Part shown: in pieces, positions 30,429 through 40,418 of the stretch
Position numbering within the stretch: the first letter of the stretch is position 1
Layout of the letters: each line of letters starts with the position of its first letter
Source of the DNA: Myxococcales bacterium
GTDB taxonomy: Bacteria; Myxococcota_A; Polyangia; Polyangiales; SLQV01
DNA: 57,603 nucleotides
Reading direction: 5' to 3'
Assembly (NCBI GenBank): GCA_007131285.1
Contig: SLQV01000077.1
Coordinates: 1 to 57,603 of the forward strand
Notes under the pieces: generated by a model
The model's input: the letters and a program-made list of their open reading frames with translations, nothing else
What the model was told of the DNA's origin: nothing
Databases searched by the model: none
Program-made: the position numbers and the translations under genes

Positions 30429-32684
30429 TCATTGCGGCGCCACCGGTGCCGCAGCCGGACTAACCGGCACACGCCCTAAACTTGAGACCACCTCGGATGT
30501 GGACGCGTCGGAGGGGTCAATGCCACGCGCGCCCCCTAGGGCCCCGGACCGATGCGCGTGGCGCGCCACCACGCCGTAGGGCTCCAGCGTCAGGCGGACG
30601 CGATCGCCTTTTTCCACGATAGTGTGAGCCTCCGGGTCTTGCTGAATAACGATACCGCTACCTTCAACTTGAGGCAGCAACCCTGCCCGCGCGAGCCGCG
30701 TCACCGCGTCTTTGACCCCAAGTGCTGTCAGCGACGGCACTCGGGCCGCGCCTGCGGGCACGGGCTCGGCAGATCGCGGCGTTTCCCTGGGTTGGCCCTC
30801 CGCTTTTACCCGCGAGCGCACCTCACTGAGCTTCGCAATCAGCGAGCGCGTCCCGGTCGCTGGCACCCCAAGGCGCCGCAGTGCGGCATCCGTGACGCGA
30901 CGAAATACAGGGGCCGCGAGCACGCCGCCAGCGTGCACCGCCATGGGCTCGTCGATCACGACTGCCATGGCGATGCGCGGTGATTCGAGAGGTGCAAACC
31001 CAACGAACGAGGCTATCCACTTGTCACGCTCGTAGCCACGGCCGGTGAGTTTCGCCTTCTGGGCCGTGCCGGTCTTGCCGGCTGCTAGGTGATGCTCAAG
31101 CGAGGCCTCAGAACCCGTTCCCGAAGCGCCGGTCACCGCCGTCAACATCTCGGCGACAAGGCGCGCACTACGACTCGGCAGAACGCTGCGGCGTACTGTG
31201 GGCGCGAAGGTCTTGACTTCACGACCAGAAGCGCTTGTGATGCGCTTGACAAGTCGAGGCTCCATGAGGTTCCCGCCATTGGCTAAGGCTGCAGTGGCGA
31301 GCGCCAGTTGCAGCACAGTCACGCTCATGCCTTGGCCAAAGGCTATCGTCGCTGCGTCCATCTCGAACCACCCGTCGTAGTGGGTGAGCTGGCCTTCTGT
31401 CTCTGCGGGCAGCGGAACCCCCGTCAGCGCGCCGAAACCAAAGCGCCTAAGCGCGTTGTAGAGCTTATCTTTTCCGAGCAGGCGCCCAACCTTGGCGGTA
31501 CCTATATTGCTTGAGTAGGTGAGAATTTCCGCGGGCTTAAGCAAGCCATGTGGGTGGGTGTCGTGAATCTGCTGGTCCGCCACCACCATGCGCCCGCCCT
31601 CACAGTCGATAAGGTCCGAGGGCCGCAGCACGCGCGCGGCGAGCGCGGCAGCCACGGTAAAGGGCTTCAAGGTCGATCCCGGCTCAAAGCGGTCGGTGAC
31701 CGCTCGATTGCGCCGCGACTCCGCCGCGGCGTGGCCGGGTTCATTGGGATTGAAGGTAGGATAATTGGCTAGGGCTAGGATCTCACCGGTGGCGGGATCT
31801 ATCGCAACCAGCGATCCCGCGCGCGCTTCCGACGCCCGAACCGTCCGGAACAGTTCCTGTTCGGCACGGTGTTGGATTGCGCGGTCGAGGGTCAACATAA
31901 GGTCGTCTCCTTCCGCCGCTCGGTCATCGAGCAAGCGCTCGGAGAACACAACGTTGCCATCGCGGTCACGAATAGCTGGCGCGGCCAAAATCGATCCGCG
32001 CAGCGATGCTTCGAAGTGCCGCTCCAAGCCTTCTTTGCCTACACCGTCAATATCCGCAAAACCGAGCACGTGGGAGGCGAGCTCTCGATGTGGGTAGAAG
32101 CGTCGCGCTTCTCGCGTTAGGTAAACACCAGGCAGATCGAGTGCTTGAAGTGCCTCTGCCTCCTTGGGTTGAATATGCCGCTTGATCCACACGAAGAGCT
32201 TGTCACGGTTAAGTCGGTTACTTACGAGATCGGGCGCCAACCCGAGTAGCGCGGCAAGTGGCTCACCGACGCTTGCCAATGGCACTTCCCGCCGCTTGAG
32301 CTCCCTGGGATTTGCCCAGACGCTGTAGATCTCGACAGACACAGCGAGTTCAACGCCGTGGCGGTCGCGAATGGTTCCGCGCTTTGGCGCCAGTTGCAGG
32401 TGCTTCAAGTACTGCGCCTCCGCGAGTTCGGCAAGCATGGGGGAGCGCACCTGCTGAAGCACGTAGGCGCGATAGATCAGGAGCGCCGCGGCACATGCAA
32501 CTACGCCCCCGAGCAATAGAAGCCGGAACCGCATCCAGCGTTGACGCGCCGCGGCGCGTGCCGCGGCGGCAGCTTTCGTCGGCCGTGACGCCGCACCAGC
32601 ATCCCTAGAGACCGTTTCAGGCGCCCCGGATACCGCTGCAGATCTCGTCGTGTAGCCCTTATTAGGCCGCGGCGTCTGCCTCAT
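30429..32684 (-). CDS. ftsI: cell division transpeptidase PBP3 with PASTA domain
   Basis: RGTIRDR, RFYP, G..GLE, STLK, SSN, KTGT; follows ftsL. Confidence 0.95.
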   Translation of the reverse strand: MRQTPRPNKGYTTRSAAVSGAPETVSRDAGAASRPTKAAAAARAAARQRWMRFRLLLLGGVVACAAALLIYRAYVLQQVRSPMLAELAEAQYLKHLQLAPKRGTIRDRHGVELAVSVEIYSVWANPRELKRREVPLASVGEPLAALLGLAPDLVSNRLNRDKLFVWIKRHIQPKEAEALQALDLPGVYLTREARRFYPHRELASHVLGFADIDGVGKEGLERHFEASLRGSILAAPAIRDRDGNVVFSERLLDDRAAEGDDLMLTLDRAIQHRAEQELFRTVRASEARAGSLVAIDPATGEILALANYPTFNPNEPGHAAAESRRNRAVTDRFEPGSTLKPFTVAAALAARVLRPSDLIDCEGGRMVVADQQIHDTHPHGLLKPAEILTYSSNIGTAKVGRLLGKDKLYNALRRFGFGALTGVPLPAETEGQLTHYDGWFEMDAATIAFGQGMSVTVLQLALATAALANGGNLMEPRLVKRITSASGREVKTFAPTVRRSVLPSRSARLVAEMLTAVTGASGTGSEASLEHHLAAGKTGTAQKAKLTGRGYERDKWIASFVGFAPLESPRIAMAVVIDEPMAVHAGGVLAAPVFRRVTDAALRRLGVPATGTRSLIAKLSEVRSRVKAEGQPRETPRSAEPVPAGAARVPSLTALGVKDAVTRLARAGLLPQVEGSGIVIQQDPEAHTIVEKGDRVRLTLEPYGVVARHAHRSGALGGARGIDPSDASTSEVVSSLGRVPVSPAAAPVAPQ

Positions 32685-32992
32685 CTCACCCCGCCAGCCC
32701 GACTCGCGAAACGCGTTTCGCGGTCGAGGGTCACTAGCTGATCGTGGCTGGGGTGCACGAGGCGCAGCCGTTGCTCGGCTAAACGTTCGATGCGTTCAGC
32801 TTGACGCAAGACTCCCGCTTCTACGCTGAGCAAACGCAACTCCTCGAGCAGTTCACGTTGCTCTTTGCGGGCAGCGCCGACCTCGTAACCAAGCCGAATG
32901 GTTTCGAAGCGCACTGTCAAGTGCACGATGAAAGCGAGGGCTGCCGCCACCACCGCGAAGGTCCACAAGACAACGAAACGCGAACGTAACAT
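32681..32992 (-). CDS. ftsL: cell division protein FtsL
   Basis: TM helix plus coiled coil, RIERLA..L, located between rsmH and ftsI. Confidence 0.85.
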   Translation of the reverse strand: MLRSRFVVLWTFAVVAAALAFIVHLTVRFETIRLGYEVGAARKEQRELLEELRLLSVEAGVLRQAERIERLAEQRLRLVHPSHDQLVTLDRETRFASRAGGVR

Positions 32993-33994
32993 CTAGAGGT
33001 CCTCCTCTCTTTTCTCAACCTGATTGAGCAATGCTGCACCCGTCGTGCGCGCGCTCACATCCGCCGTGCGCGTCGCCACGCGCAGCTTGGCGCTACGGGC
33101 GCGCGGGTTTTCCAAGCGCTCCGCATCACTGGCCACCACGGGCCGCCGCGTCAGCGCTTGCCACAAGGTGACATTGCGAAACGTCCACTTCACCATGCGG
33201 TCCTCAAGCGAGTGAAACGTGATGACCGCCAGTCGACCATCGGGCGCGAGCAGCGCGCGCACGTCCGCCAACATGCGTTGCAGGGCGCCTAGCTCATCGT
33301 TGACGGCGATGCGTAGCGCTTGAAAGGTGCGTGTCGCAGGGTCGATGCGCGAGTGTCCCCAACCTCCGATGGACATGACAGCTTCGCGCAAGTCGAGCGT
33401 TGTCCGCAGGCGACCAGCGGCGAGCGCTTCAAGAATGGCCCGCGCAATGCGCCGGGAGCGCCGTTCTTCGCCGTAGTGATAGATGACGTCGGCCAACGTT
33501 GTCTCGTCCTGACGGCGAAGCCAGTCTGCGAGGGTATCGCTAGTGCGATCCATGCGCATATCGAGGGGGCCCGCATGGCGAAAGCTGAAACCCCGCTCGG
33601 GCGAATCGAGTTGCGGGGACGAGACACCAACATCTGCAAGCACGCCGTGGAAAGGCCCGCCCAGTTCAGCCGTCAGTGCGGACAGTTCACCAAAATTGCC
33701 TTCGACAACACGAAGGCGTCCTCCCTGTTGCGCTGCCAACAACTGGCCGGCAAGCACAGCTTCGGGGTCGCGGTCGAGCGCCACCACGCTCACGTTTGGC
33801 GCACTCGCCAACAACGCCCGCGTGTGGCCCCCGCGCCCAAAGGTAAGGTCAAGAAAGCGCCCCCCTGCTGCAACGTCTAACCCACGCATGCATTCATTGA
33901 GCAAGACAGGGGCGTGCCCACGATTGACCGCACCCGTCGCGGCCTTGCGCGGCTGAGACGGGTGCGCTCCCGCATCGCGATCGTCCATCGTCAT
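32993..33994 (-). CDS. rsmH: 16S rRNA m4C1402 methyltransferase
   Basis: HAPVLL, DLTFGRGGH, GVSSPQLD..ERGFSF, PLDMRM, FQALRIAVNDEL, FHSLEDR, NPRARSAKLR. ATG 33994 overlaps the mraZ stop (ATGA). Confidence 0.96.
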   Translation of the reverse strand: MTMDDRDAGAHPSQPRKAATGAVNRGHAPVLLNECMRGLDVAAGGRFLDLTFGRGGHTRALLASAPNVSVVALDRDPEAVLAGQLLAAQQGGRLRVVEGNFGELSALTAELGGPFHGVLADVGVSSPQLDSPERGFSFRHAGPLDMRMDRTSDTLADWLRRQDETTLADVIYHYGEERRSRRIARAILEALAAGRLRTTLDLREAVMSIGGWGHSRIDPATRTFQALRIAVNDELGALQRMLADVRALLAPDGRLAVITFHSLEDRMVKWTFRNVTLWQALTRRPVVASDAERLENPRARSAKLRVATRTADVSARTTGAALLNQVEKREEDL

Positions 33995-34587
33995 ACGCCA
34001 AGCTCCGCGAGGCGGGCAAGTAGCCTGGCTTTGCGCTCGGGCTCGTCGATTACTGCTTGCGTCAGCGCCGAGAAGCGCTCCGGCGACCACAGCTCGATAA
34101 AACGCCCCATGCCGGCGAAGAGGATTTCGCCATCGATGCCCGCATGCGCGCGCATGGTTGCCGGCAACACCAGCCTCCCGTGACGGTCCGGCGCAAACTC
34201 CATTGCACCCGACACAATGCAGCGCTGTAGCAGTCGCACATCTGGATCGAGGTGTGGCAAGGCAGCCAGTCGCGCTTCGAAGCGGCGCCACTCTGCCACC
34301 GGATAAGCGACCAAGCAGGGATCGAGCGCTGTTGTGATGACAATGGAGCACGCGTCGGGCGCCGTGCTCAGTGCGGTGGTGGCTGCGTCGCCGGGTGCTT
34401 GCGGACTGTGCTTGGGCGAGACCTTCCGGCTCGCAGCACTTGGTGCCAAGGCGGCTTCGGAGTCCCGTGGGGTAAAAGTGCCGCTCTCCGCGGCGCTCAC
34501 GTGTCCGTAGAGCGTTTCGCGAAAGCGTGCCGGCAAGGAGGTGCGCCCCTTGCTGTCGATGCTGTGCTGAAACCGGCCGCAAAACAC
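33991..34587 (-). CDS. mraZ: division/cell wall cluster repressor MraZ
   Basis: F.G.F.HSIDSKGR..LPARFR, DRHGR..LP, IELWS; ~45-aa insertion. Confidence 0.93.
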   Translation of the reverse strand: MFCGRFQHSIDSKGRTSLPARFRETLYGHVSAAESGTFTPRDSEAALAPSAASRKVSPKHSPQAPGDAATTALSTAPDACSIVITTALDPCLVAYPVAEWRRFEARLAALPHLDPDVRLLQRCIVSGAMEFAPDRHGRLVLPATMRAHAGIDGEILFAGMGRFIELWSPERFSALTQAVIDEPERKARLLARLAELGV

Positions 34588-34735
34588 CCATTGCTCCCCA
34601 CTCGAGACCGTAGCGTCGCCGGGCTCACCCCGTACTGGGCCGCAGCGCCCGGATGCCGGGAGCGCGCGCGACTCGCGGTCCCCGCACGGCGCAGTCTCTC
34701 TGTGGATTGCGCCCGACGCAGCTCACTCGAGTGAT

Positions 34736-34780
34736 CCACTGCTTACCACGAAATGCCACCAATCTTCCCCTTTGATCCAC
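34736..34780 (-). promoter_or_regulatory. MraZ-binding repeats
   Basis: CCAC (GTGG on minus) at 34736, 34746 and 34756, CCCC at 34767, CCAC at 34777: ~10-bp phasing upstream of mraZ. Confidence 0.75.
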
Positions 34781-35075
34781 GGATAAGTCATTAGCGTCCG
34801 CTCACACGTCCGAACGTCCCAGCCCCCGACGAGCCGGCTGCACACCGTGCCCATGGTGCAACATATTGACTTCAGTGAAATTTGACCGTGTCACTCGGCG
34901 ATATCGCGAGGAACTTGGCCTTTCCGGGCAGCCTGCCGGATAGAAGATCTCTTTTCTCAGATAGGCACCGGCGCTGGCCGTTTTCTTGGCTCCGTACCAA
35001 CCGAAGACCCACGTGCCTAACATGATGCCGGGGCCTCCCTCGGCACGTGTGCAGATAAACGAAGGGACCTCGGTC

Positions 35076-36917
35076 CTAGTGCGATGGACAGGCCTGCAGC
35101 TGAGGGAGGCTCAGCAGCAGCGCCGGGGCCCCAGCCCGTGCCCAGGCCGCAAGAGCAGGAGCGTCGAAATCTCGGGCGGCACGCAAATCCACCAGTGCGA
35201 CGCTCGGCGCAGCCGCGAGTGCCGCCGGGTCGGCAGCCGAAGGCGGCACTAGGACCGGCAAACGTTCGCCTCCCGTAATGGCCGTCGAAACGAGCGCGAG
35301 CTGGCTCGCCTCCGCGAGTACGGGCAAGGCGAAACCCGCAAGTCGGCGCTGAACAGCAGGCGACGGTGGCGCACCGGGTGCGAGATAGAGCGCGCTCACA
35401 GCGGGTGCGGCCTGGCGGCCTTCGTCCTCACCGAGCTCAAGCACTAAACTGTAGGCTCGGGCACGTGCTTCAGCGGCGATTGCTTTAGGCGAAACCGTCG
35501 CAGCGCCGGCAGGTGCTGCAAGCACCCAGCCAGCCACATCGAAACGCTCGCTCGCTTCGATGGCGGCGCGCAGCGCGGTCCCCGAGGTGTAGGCTGGCAG
35601 CGCCAAAAGCAGCAGGGGCCGCGCGGAGGCCCGGTCAACACCGAGCACGTGCCAGAATGCTAAAGCGGGATCCGAAAGGGGCGCTGTCGGACGCATCTCC
35701 TCCCCCTTGACCCCTGAATCAACATCCGCCGCCACATCTCGCAACCGAGCACGAAACATACGCGGCTCTTGCTGCAGAGATGGCTGGGCGGGGTATGTAC
35801 CGAGCCAGCGCACGAAGACGGACATCTCGGCAATCGCCTTTAGGACCGATGACGCTTCGGGGTCCGTGCCGAGACTCCCCTCAAAGTCCGCGTAAAAAAC
35901 GTATTCCCAGGGCCGGTGGCGACGCGGACGGGACTCGAGCTTGGTTAAGCTCAAGTTGGCTTCTGAGAATACCTCAAGGGCTCCAAGCAACGCCGCCGGC
36001 TTGTGCTTAAGCGCAAAAACGATAGACGTTTTTGGGGCTGCCCCCTCAGGCGGCGGCATCGGCTCCCGCGCGACAAGCACCATGCGCGTGGTGTTGTTGC
36101 GCGTGTCGGCAATGTCCGTCTCGCGAATCGCCAACCCGTGGAGGTCTGCGGCACTCGCGCTGGCGATAGCCGCAACGCTCGGGTCGCCAAGCGCGCGGAC
36201 CTTCTCTGCCGCGAGAGCCGTATCCACGAACGATTCGGCGGCAGCATAGGGCAAACTGGCCTCCAGGTACTTGGCACATTGGGCTAGCGCTTGCGGGTGA
36301 GACAGGATTCGGCGCACCTGGGATAGGTCGACGCTTTCATCCAGCGTCAGCAGGCAATGGCTCACCGGTTGTAATACCTCGCCAATAACGAAAAGCTTGG
36401 ATTCGAGCAGCAGATCGTAGGCTTCGTTGATGGAACCTGCGGTAGAGTTTTCGATTGGCAAAAGGGCCGCATCGGCATCACCCGCTTCGACCGCTTGGAG
36501 CATCGCGCCAAAACTCGCCGAAGCCTGCACCTTGGGCGGCAAGGCAAAACCCGCCGCGATACGACTTGCGGCAATGTAGCTGTACGCACCAGGAGCGCCC
36601 TGATAGAGCAGCACACGAGGCGCGAAGGTATCACCCAGCGCGACGCGAAAGTGATGACTTTGGACGAGGAGCGAGTGCTCAATGATGCGCGAGACCAAGT
36701 CTTTCACATAGTGAGCGGGCAGACCCTGCTGCGCCGCGCGCTCGAGCAAGCGTGCGAGCAGGCGCGCTTCACGTTTCCGGTCTCGCAGCATCCAACCGCT
36801 CTGGCGCTTGAGCGCCCCGATTTGGGCCACGACCTGGTCTCGCCGCGCAAGCAAGTCGACGAGCTGGTCATCCAGCCTGTCGAGTTCCGCCCGATAGTCT
36901 TCCAGTCCTTCCGCCAC
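35076..36917 (-). CDS. pheA: chorismate mutase/prephenate dehydratase with C-terminal extension
   Basis: AroQ CM (R..LD.LD..LV.LL..R), YQG.PGAYS, PIENSTAGSI, SHPQALAQC, NTTR, ACT domain LTKLESRP; ~230 extra C-terminal aa. Confidence 0.92.
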   Translation of the reverse strand: MAEGLEDYRAELDRLDDQLVDLLARRDQVVAQIGALKRQSGWMLRDRKREARLLARLLERAAQQGLPAHYVKDLVSRIIEHSLLVQSHHFRVALGDTFAPRVLLYQGAPGAYSYIAASRIAAGFALPPKVQASASFGAMLQAVEAGDADAALLPIENSTAGSINEAYDLLLESKLFVIGEVLQPVSHCLLTLDESVDLSQVRRILSHPQALAQCAKYLEASLPYAAAESFVDTALAAEKVRALGDPSVAAIASASAADLHGLAIRETDIADTRNNTTRMVLVAREPMPPPEGAAPKTSIVFALKHKPAALLGALEVFSEANLSLTKLESRPRRHRPWEYVFYADFEGSLGTDPEASSVLKAIAEMSVFVRWLGTYPAQPSLQQEPRMFRARLRDVAADVDSGVKGEEMRPTAPLSDPALAFWHVLGVDRASARPLLLLALPAYTSGTALRAAIEASERFDVAGWVLAAPAGAATVSPKAIAAEARARAYSLVLELGEDEGRQAAPAVSALYLAPGAPPSPAVQRRLAGFALPVLAEASQLALVSTAITGGERLPVLVPPSAADPAALAAAPSVALVDLRAARDFDAPALAAWARAGAPALLLSLPQLQACPSH

Positions 36918-37133
36918 ACTCCTCCAGCCTTACCACCACCGACCCCTCGCCCACAGGTGGAGCAGCATAGACCGCTTCGCCGGCCTCGGAAAGGTGACGC
37001 TCCTTCGATTAACGTCGCAACCCGTATGCCCCCTCCCGTAGCGATGAATGCTCGGCGGCTCCGGCTACTACTCGGTGGGCGCAGACCGTGCGAAGAAAAA
37101 GCGCTTGCGCCGTTAGGGCGCTAGGCTTGACAC

Positions 37134-38300
37134 GTGGCAAGTGAGCGTGAGCGATTAAACTGGCTCGAGCAGACCTACGGGGAGAATGGCCCGGGGCTCG
37201 TGGGCATTGGCGACGATGGCGCCTACCTCACCCTCGACGCGCCGCATCTAGTGGCGAGCGTCGATGCAGCGATTGAAAGCGTCCACTTTCGGCAAACCTG
37301 GCTGGACTGGGACGCGGTAGCTTTTCGCGCAGTACAAGCTGCTCTCTCCGATTTGGCGGCTATGGGCGCATCGCCCGCGGCCATTTTGAGTTCTGCGTCA
37401 CTTCCGCCGAACTTCAGCGAGGCTGCGTTCGCAGCGCTGGCACGTGGTACCGCCAGAAGCGCAAAACACAGCGGAGCCCGCCTCATCGGTGGCAACTTAA
37501 GTTCGGGCCCTCACGTGGAACTGCACACAACGGTTATTGGGCATGTGCCCAAGGCAGAAGCGCTTCTGACGCGACGCGGCGCTAGCCCCGGCGACACGGT
37601 CTGGGTCACGGGCCCCCTCGGCGCCGCGGCCCTCGGGTTGCGCGTGCTGGAGCACCTGCTGCCATCGCGGCATGCCGATGAAGATCCTTTTTGCCACCAC
37701 CCTCAACCGCAGCGCGGAGAACAATCGGACTCTGCCGCCATTCCCGAAGTGCCGCACGGACAGGCGCGCGTACCCATCCCCAACGATGGGTATGCCAGAT
37801 CACAAATAGAGACCTGCCTCGCGTCGAGCGGCATACCTGAACGTTTGCGGTGGCTCGCGCGCGCGTGCGTCGCGCGCTGGCAAACGCCTTCGGCACGCAT
37901 CGAGGCAGGTCTCGCGCTGCGACTCTGCGCCAGCGCTGCCATCGATCTCTCTGACGGCCTGTCTTCGGATGCAGCGGCTCTCGCGCGAGCGAGCGGGATC
38001 ATGCTCCTCGTCGATCAACCACTGCCCGCACCGACCTTTGCTCGCACGACAGGGGCTTCAGTCCGGACCGCGACCGCCGGACTTTGTGCGTCATTGGCAG
38101 CCGAACTGGGGGCCGATTGGACTCACCTTCAGGCACACGGTGGCGAAGACTACGAGCTTTTATTTACCCTGCCGCCGGATACGGAACCGCCGTGCGCCGC
38201 GTTTCGCATCGGCCGGTGCTTACCCGGCCCCGCCACCGTCAACTTTATCGAACCACGACTGAGACAAACTCGTCCGTTAGGTTTCGACCACTTCCTCTGA
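37134..38300 (+). CDS. thiL: thiamine-monophosphate kinase
   Basis: GIGDDGA, LSDLAAMGA.P, GGN, TG.LG, IDLSDGL..D, GGEDYELLFT, GFDHF. Confidence 0.95.
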   Translation: MASERERLNWLEQTYGENGPGLVGIGDDGAYLTLDAPHLVASVDAAIESVHFRQTWLDWDAVAFRAVQAALSDLAAMGASPAAILSSASLPPNFSEAAFAALARGTARSAKHSGARLIGGNLSSGPHVELHTTVIGHVPKAEALLTRRGASPGDTVWVTGPLGAAALGLRVLEHLLPSRHADEDPFCHHPQPQRGEQSDSAAIPEVPHGQARVPIPNDGYARSQIETCLASSGIPERLRWLARACVARWQTPSARIEAGLALRLCASAAIDLSDGLSSDAAALARASGIMLLVDQPLPAPTFARTTGASVRTATAGLCASLAAELGADWTHLQAHGGEDYELLFTLPPDTEPPCAAFRIGRCLPGPATVNFIEPRLRQTRPLGFDHFL

Positions 38301-38492
38301 GCAGGCCTCCTCGCTCCAAGACAACGACCTTTTCGTTCCTTTTATACGATTCACCGGACCTTCGGGGCGTGGAATCTCACCATGGAAAGTGCGTGGGGGG
38401 TGCGGGGAACAGGTAGAGACACAACAATAAGGGTTTGGTTTCCCCCGGTGGAATCTTAGGCCACCTTGTGACGGATAGCTGGGAGGGGCTTT

Positions 38493-38520
38493 GCGGACTT
38501 CACCCTGCAGACTTCACCCT
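38493..38520. repeat. 14-bp tandem repeat x2
   Basis: GCGGACTTCACCCT GCAGACTTCACCCT. Confidence 0.75.
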
Positions 38521-38689
38521 GGGAAAGACCGCCGTATGCTCCGCCTCACTTACGTGAGTGAGGTGCGCGACGCGCACATCGAAAAAAAGCCGCTACGCTT
38601 CTACCGTAAGCGTGCATTCGACTTTCACAACTTCATGTTCATAGTCTCTCTATCATGAGTCTGGAACCAAAAAACAAACGCCGGCCAAA

Positions 38690-39265
38690 ATGCTTTTTTT
38701 CCCTAACCTCCCCGGGAGCTGCCGTGAGCCATCGACACGGATTCTGGGCTTGTGCGCGATGACGCCGCTTTGTGCCTGCACTATTGCGTGCACACAAGAA
38801 GTCGAATCCGGCGGCGAACCTGACCTAAAGACCAGCCAAGGCATGGACACACAGGACACGGTCGTTGTCCTCGATGGTTGGCCAGAAGGCGATGTCGCTT
38901 GCGAGGCTCAGAGCGATGAGGGTTGGCGCTATGGCCTTAAGGTTGTGAGCGCTACCGCTCGGAAGCGGCCGAATCAGCGCCACCTCTACATGCAAAATCC
39001 AGAGACTGGCGACGTATGGCAACTGATAGCTTCCCGCGTAAAAAAACCACAAAATTCGATCGTTTACAATGTGGATTTCTCACCGATTGGGAGGCCGCGC
39101 TCGACGCGACGCATTGACGTGTATCGTGCTTCCATTTGGAAGCCTTTTTCTGGATTTACGCGCGGCATCAAGTACGTCCAATCAGACACGTCTACTACCT
39201 CACCCAGGGTTGTACATACGGTGTTATCACAAGCAGACGAGCATTGCTTTCTTCCTCGTTTATGA
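38690..39265 (+). CDS. hypothetical putative lipoprotein, paralog 1 of a local family
   Basis: LCACTIAC-TQEVESG, DGWPEG, SDEGWRYGL, C-terminal CFL; similar to the ORFs at 39544 and 43131. Confidence 0.7.
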   Translation: MLFFPNLPGSCREPSTRILGLCAMTPLCACTIACTQEVESGGEPDLKTSQGMDTQDTVVVLDGWPEGDVACEAQSDEGWRYGLKVVSATARKRPNQRHLYMQNPETGDVWQLIASRVKKPQNSIVYNVDFSPIGRPRSTRRIDVYRASIWKPFSGFTRGIKYVQSDTSTTSPRVVHTVLSQADEHCFLPRL

Positions 39266-39543
39266 GAACCCTTGGTTGCCATTTTCCAGGGAAACATGTT
39301 TGACGCACATACCCAATATTTTTCGGGCATGAACCCCGCACCCTCTCCCCCACTGTACCGTCAGAAAAGTGGTCTAAAGCTGCGCGCGGGGCCCCAACGC
39401 CCACTTGCTTCTTTCCGCAGCGTTTTTGCTTTATGGACCCCCTGAACGGTTACGCGACTGCTTGCTCGCCCCAACGCCTTTGTCTTAAAAATTTCTAACG
39501 CACGCACTCGACATTTCGACATCCGCGTTCACACTTTACTTCC

Positions 39544-40095
39544 ATGACCATTTACGCACCTGTACGCGCTTCGGTCCAATCGATTTCGCGGATCATGCGA
39601 AGTCACACCAGCCAGATAAATACAAAGACGCGATACAGCTTATGGACCATGATGGCCCTTTGCGCCTGCACCTTCTCATGTGCTCAAGATATCGAAACCC
39701 ATCCTGAAACCTTCCTAAAGACAACCCTATCTAATGTCACCGAGATAGACAAATGGCCAGCAGGCCAAGTTACGGATGTTGGAGTTAGCGATGACGGTTG
39801 GCGTTTCGGCCTTAAGCCCCTAGTACAGTGGAGAACATTGTTCAATCGAGCACCAAGATAACGCATAGTCTACATACAACCCAACCCCCCTGATGGCAAA
39901 ACGCTGGCGATTAAAGCGGTTCGATTTTTAGAGACAATGCGCTACGGTGGAGAACTAGATTCCACGCGCGACATCGTCGTAGAGCCTATCAAAGTTTTTG
40001 GTTATTCATGTATCGGATACCAGGTCCTAATTGGACCTGCTGAAGGAGAGCGCCTGGCAATAGAGCGCCAGGCACAGGGGGGATGCTTCTTGTGA
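39544..40095 (+). pseudogene. paralog 2 of the local lipoprotein family, in-frame TAA at 39859-39861
   Basis: LCACTFSC-AQDIE, DKWPAG, SDDGWRFGL. The frame continues past TAA (RIVYIQPNP...STRDIVV...QAQGGCFL*), matching paralog 1 (RHLYMQNP...STRRIDV...QADEHCFL). Confidence 0.75.
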
Positions 40096-40169
40096 TCACG
40101 CCTACGCTCCCTGTCTCTTGGCGCAACCCTGCGGGCACAGCCGAATCAATTGTCCTCGGCCACGACAGC

Positions 40170-40193
40170 CCCCACTATCCTCCCCACTATCCT
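40170..40193. repeat. 12-bp tandem repeat x2
   Basis: CCCCACTATCCT CCCCACTATCCT. Confidence 0.75.
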
Positions 40194-40418
40194 AGGGAGC
40201 TTTTGGTTGGCTCGTACCTCGCCGACCTTAACAGCCACTGACGCGCTCAACGAGTCCGCTCAAGTCGATAGGTGTTACCCGACGATACCCCCCTGCCCGC
40301 TCTCGCTTTGCGATCCGCTGGCCTCCCACGAGGCTCTAGACACTCCAAGCGCGCACGCTCGCCACTGCGGCCGCTGGGCCGCCGAACCATAGGTCACGCC
40401 ACAAGGTGGCTGACGCGC

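Noticed and set aside
33995-34591. 532-aa ORF suggesting a long N-terminal extension of RsmH overlapping all of mraZ
   Set aside because: RsmH homology begins after ATG 33994, which has the canonical ATGA overlap. The upstream part is Arg/Ala-rich alternate-frame sequence expected in high-GC DNA.
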